DNA of 64,000 bases from Podarcis liolepis. Taxonomy: Eukaryota. Position 1 is the stretch's first letter, and the number at the start of each line of letters is the position of its first letter. The DNA is taken from assembly GCA_965112155.1 (NCBI GenBank), contig OZ218100.1, one strand, 5' to 3'. Below the pieces are notes generated by a model. The model had not been told where the DNA came from. It did no database searches and was given only the letters and a program-made list of their open reading frames with translations. A program made the translations under genes and the position numbers. Below are positions 63,688-64,000 of the stretch, in pieces.

Positions 63688-64000
63688 GTAGTGTTTGACA
63701 TATGGTGAGCTGCAGCCGAAGAGAAACAGTGCTGCATGCAATGATTACAGGGCAGAGTGGAAAATGATGCCTTCTTACATCACCCCCTGACACACATACT
63801 TTAACAACCTTTCTATGGATTGAATGTTTGGAAGTTGTAACCATAATTTTAGAGCAGTAGAACATTGTGAGGATTTCCCTTTAACTTAATCATTTATCAT
63901 AAAGAATAGACAGTATCCATTCATATTTCTCTTGGGGGACAGCTGTATGTTCAACACTTCTCAGTCTACCAAATATGACAGAGTCTACAGATCCAAATAC

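Noticed and set aside
37200-64000. Exons of a neighbouring gene (SRD5A2 lies on this side of XDH in mammals)
   Set aside because: No recognisable coding exon found; the AT-rich 61.9-64 kb stretch could be 3' UTR or intergenic but cannot be assigned from sequence

Overview
Vertebrate genomic DNA, almost certainly a squamate (probably lacertid) lizard, judged from Sauria-SINE, Squam3-like SINE, BovB, CR1, L2, Rex1 and Penelope repeats. Bases 1-37,100 hold the 5' part of xanthine dehydrogenase (XDH) on the minus strand. I mapped a TATA box and 21 coding exons (2,266 nt, about 755 codons, one open frame, all GT-AG). They cover the 2Fe-2S domain, the FAD domain and the start of the Mo-pterin domain, and the gene continues off the left edge. 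Bases 37,100-64,000 are repeat-rich upstream DNA with no recognisable host protein-coding exon. The best leads are: (i) a young 200-bp Penelope-like insertion in XDH intron 15 with a perfect 72-bp inverted repeat and a minimal hammerhead ribozyme on the XDH sense strand; (ii) two adjacent minor-spliceosome (U12-type) introns around exon 3, one canonical and one degenerate; (iii) a tandemly duplicated, frame-preserving Cys-Cys-rich linker exon; (iv) Ala in place of the Cys535-equivalent that mammals use for XDH-to-XO conversion; (v) a 1.2-kb TSD-flanked non-autonomous L1-type element; (vi) a twin-primed inverted L1, several nested insertions and three co-oriented CTCF-like motifs. I see no wholly new gene system. 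Repeat family names come from pattern recognition, not a database search.
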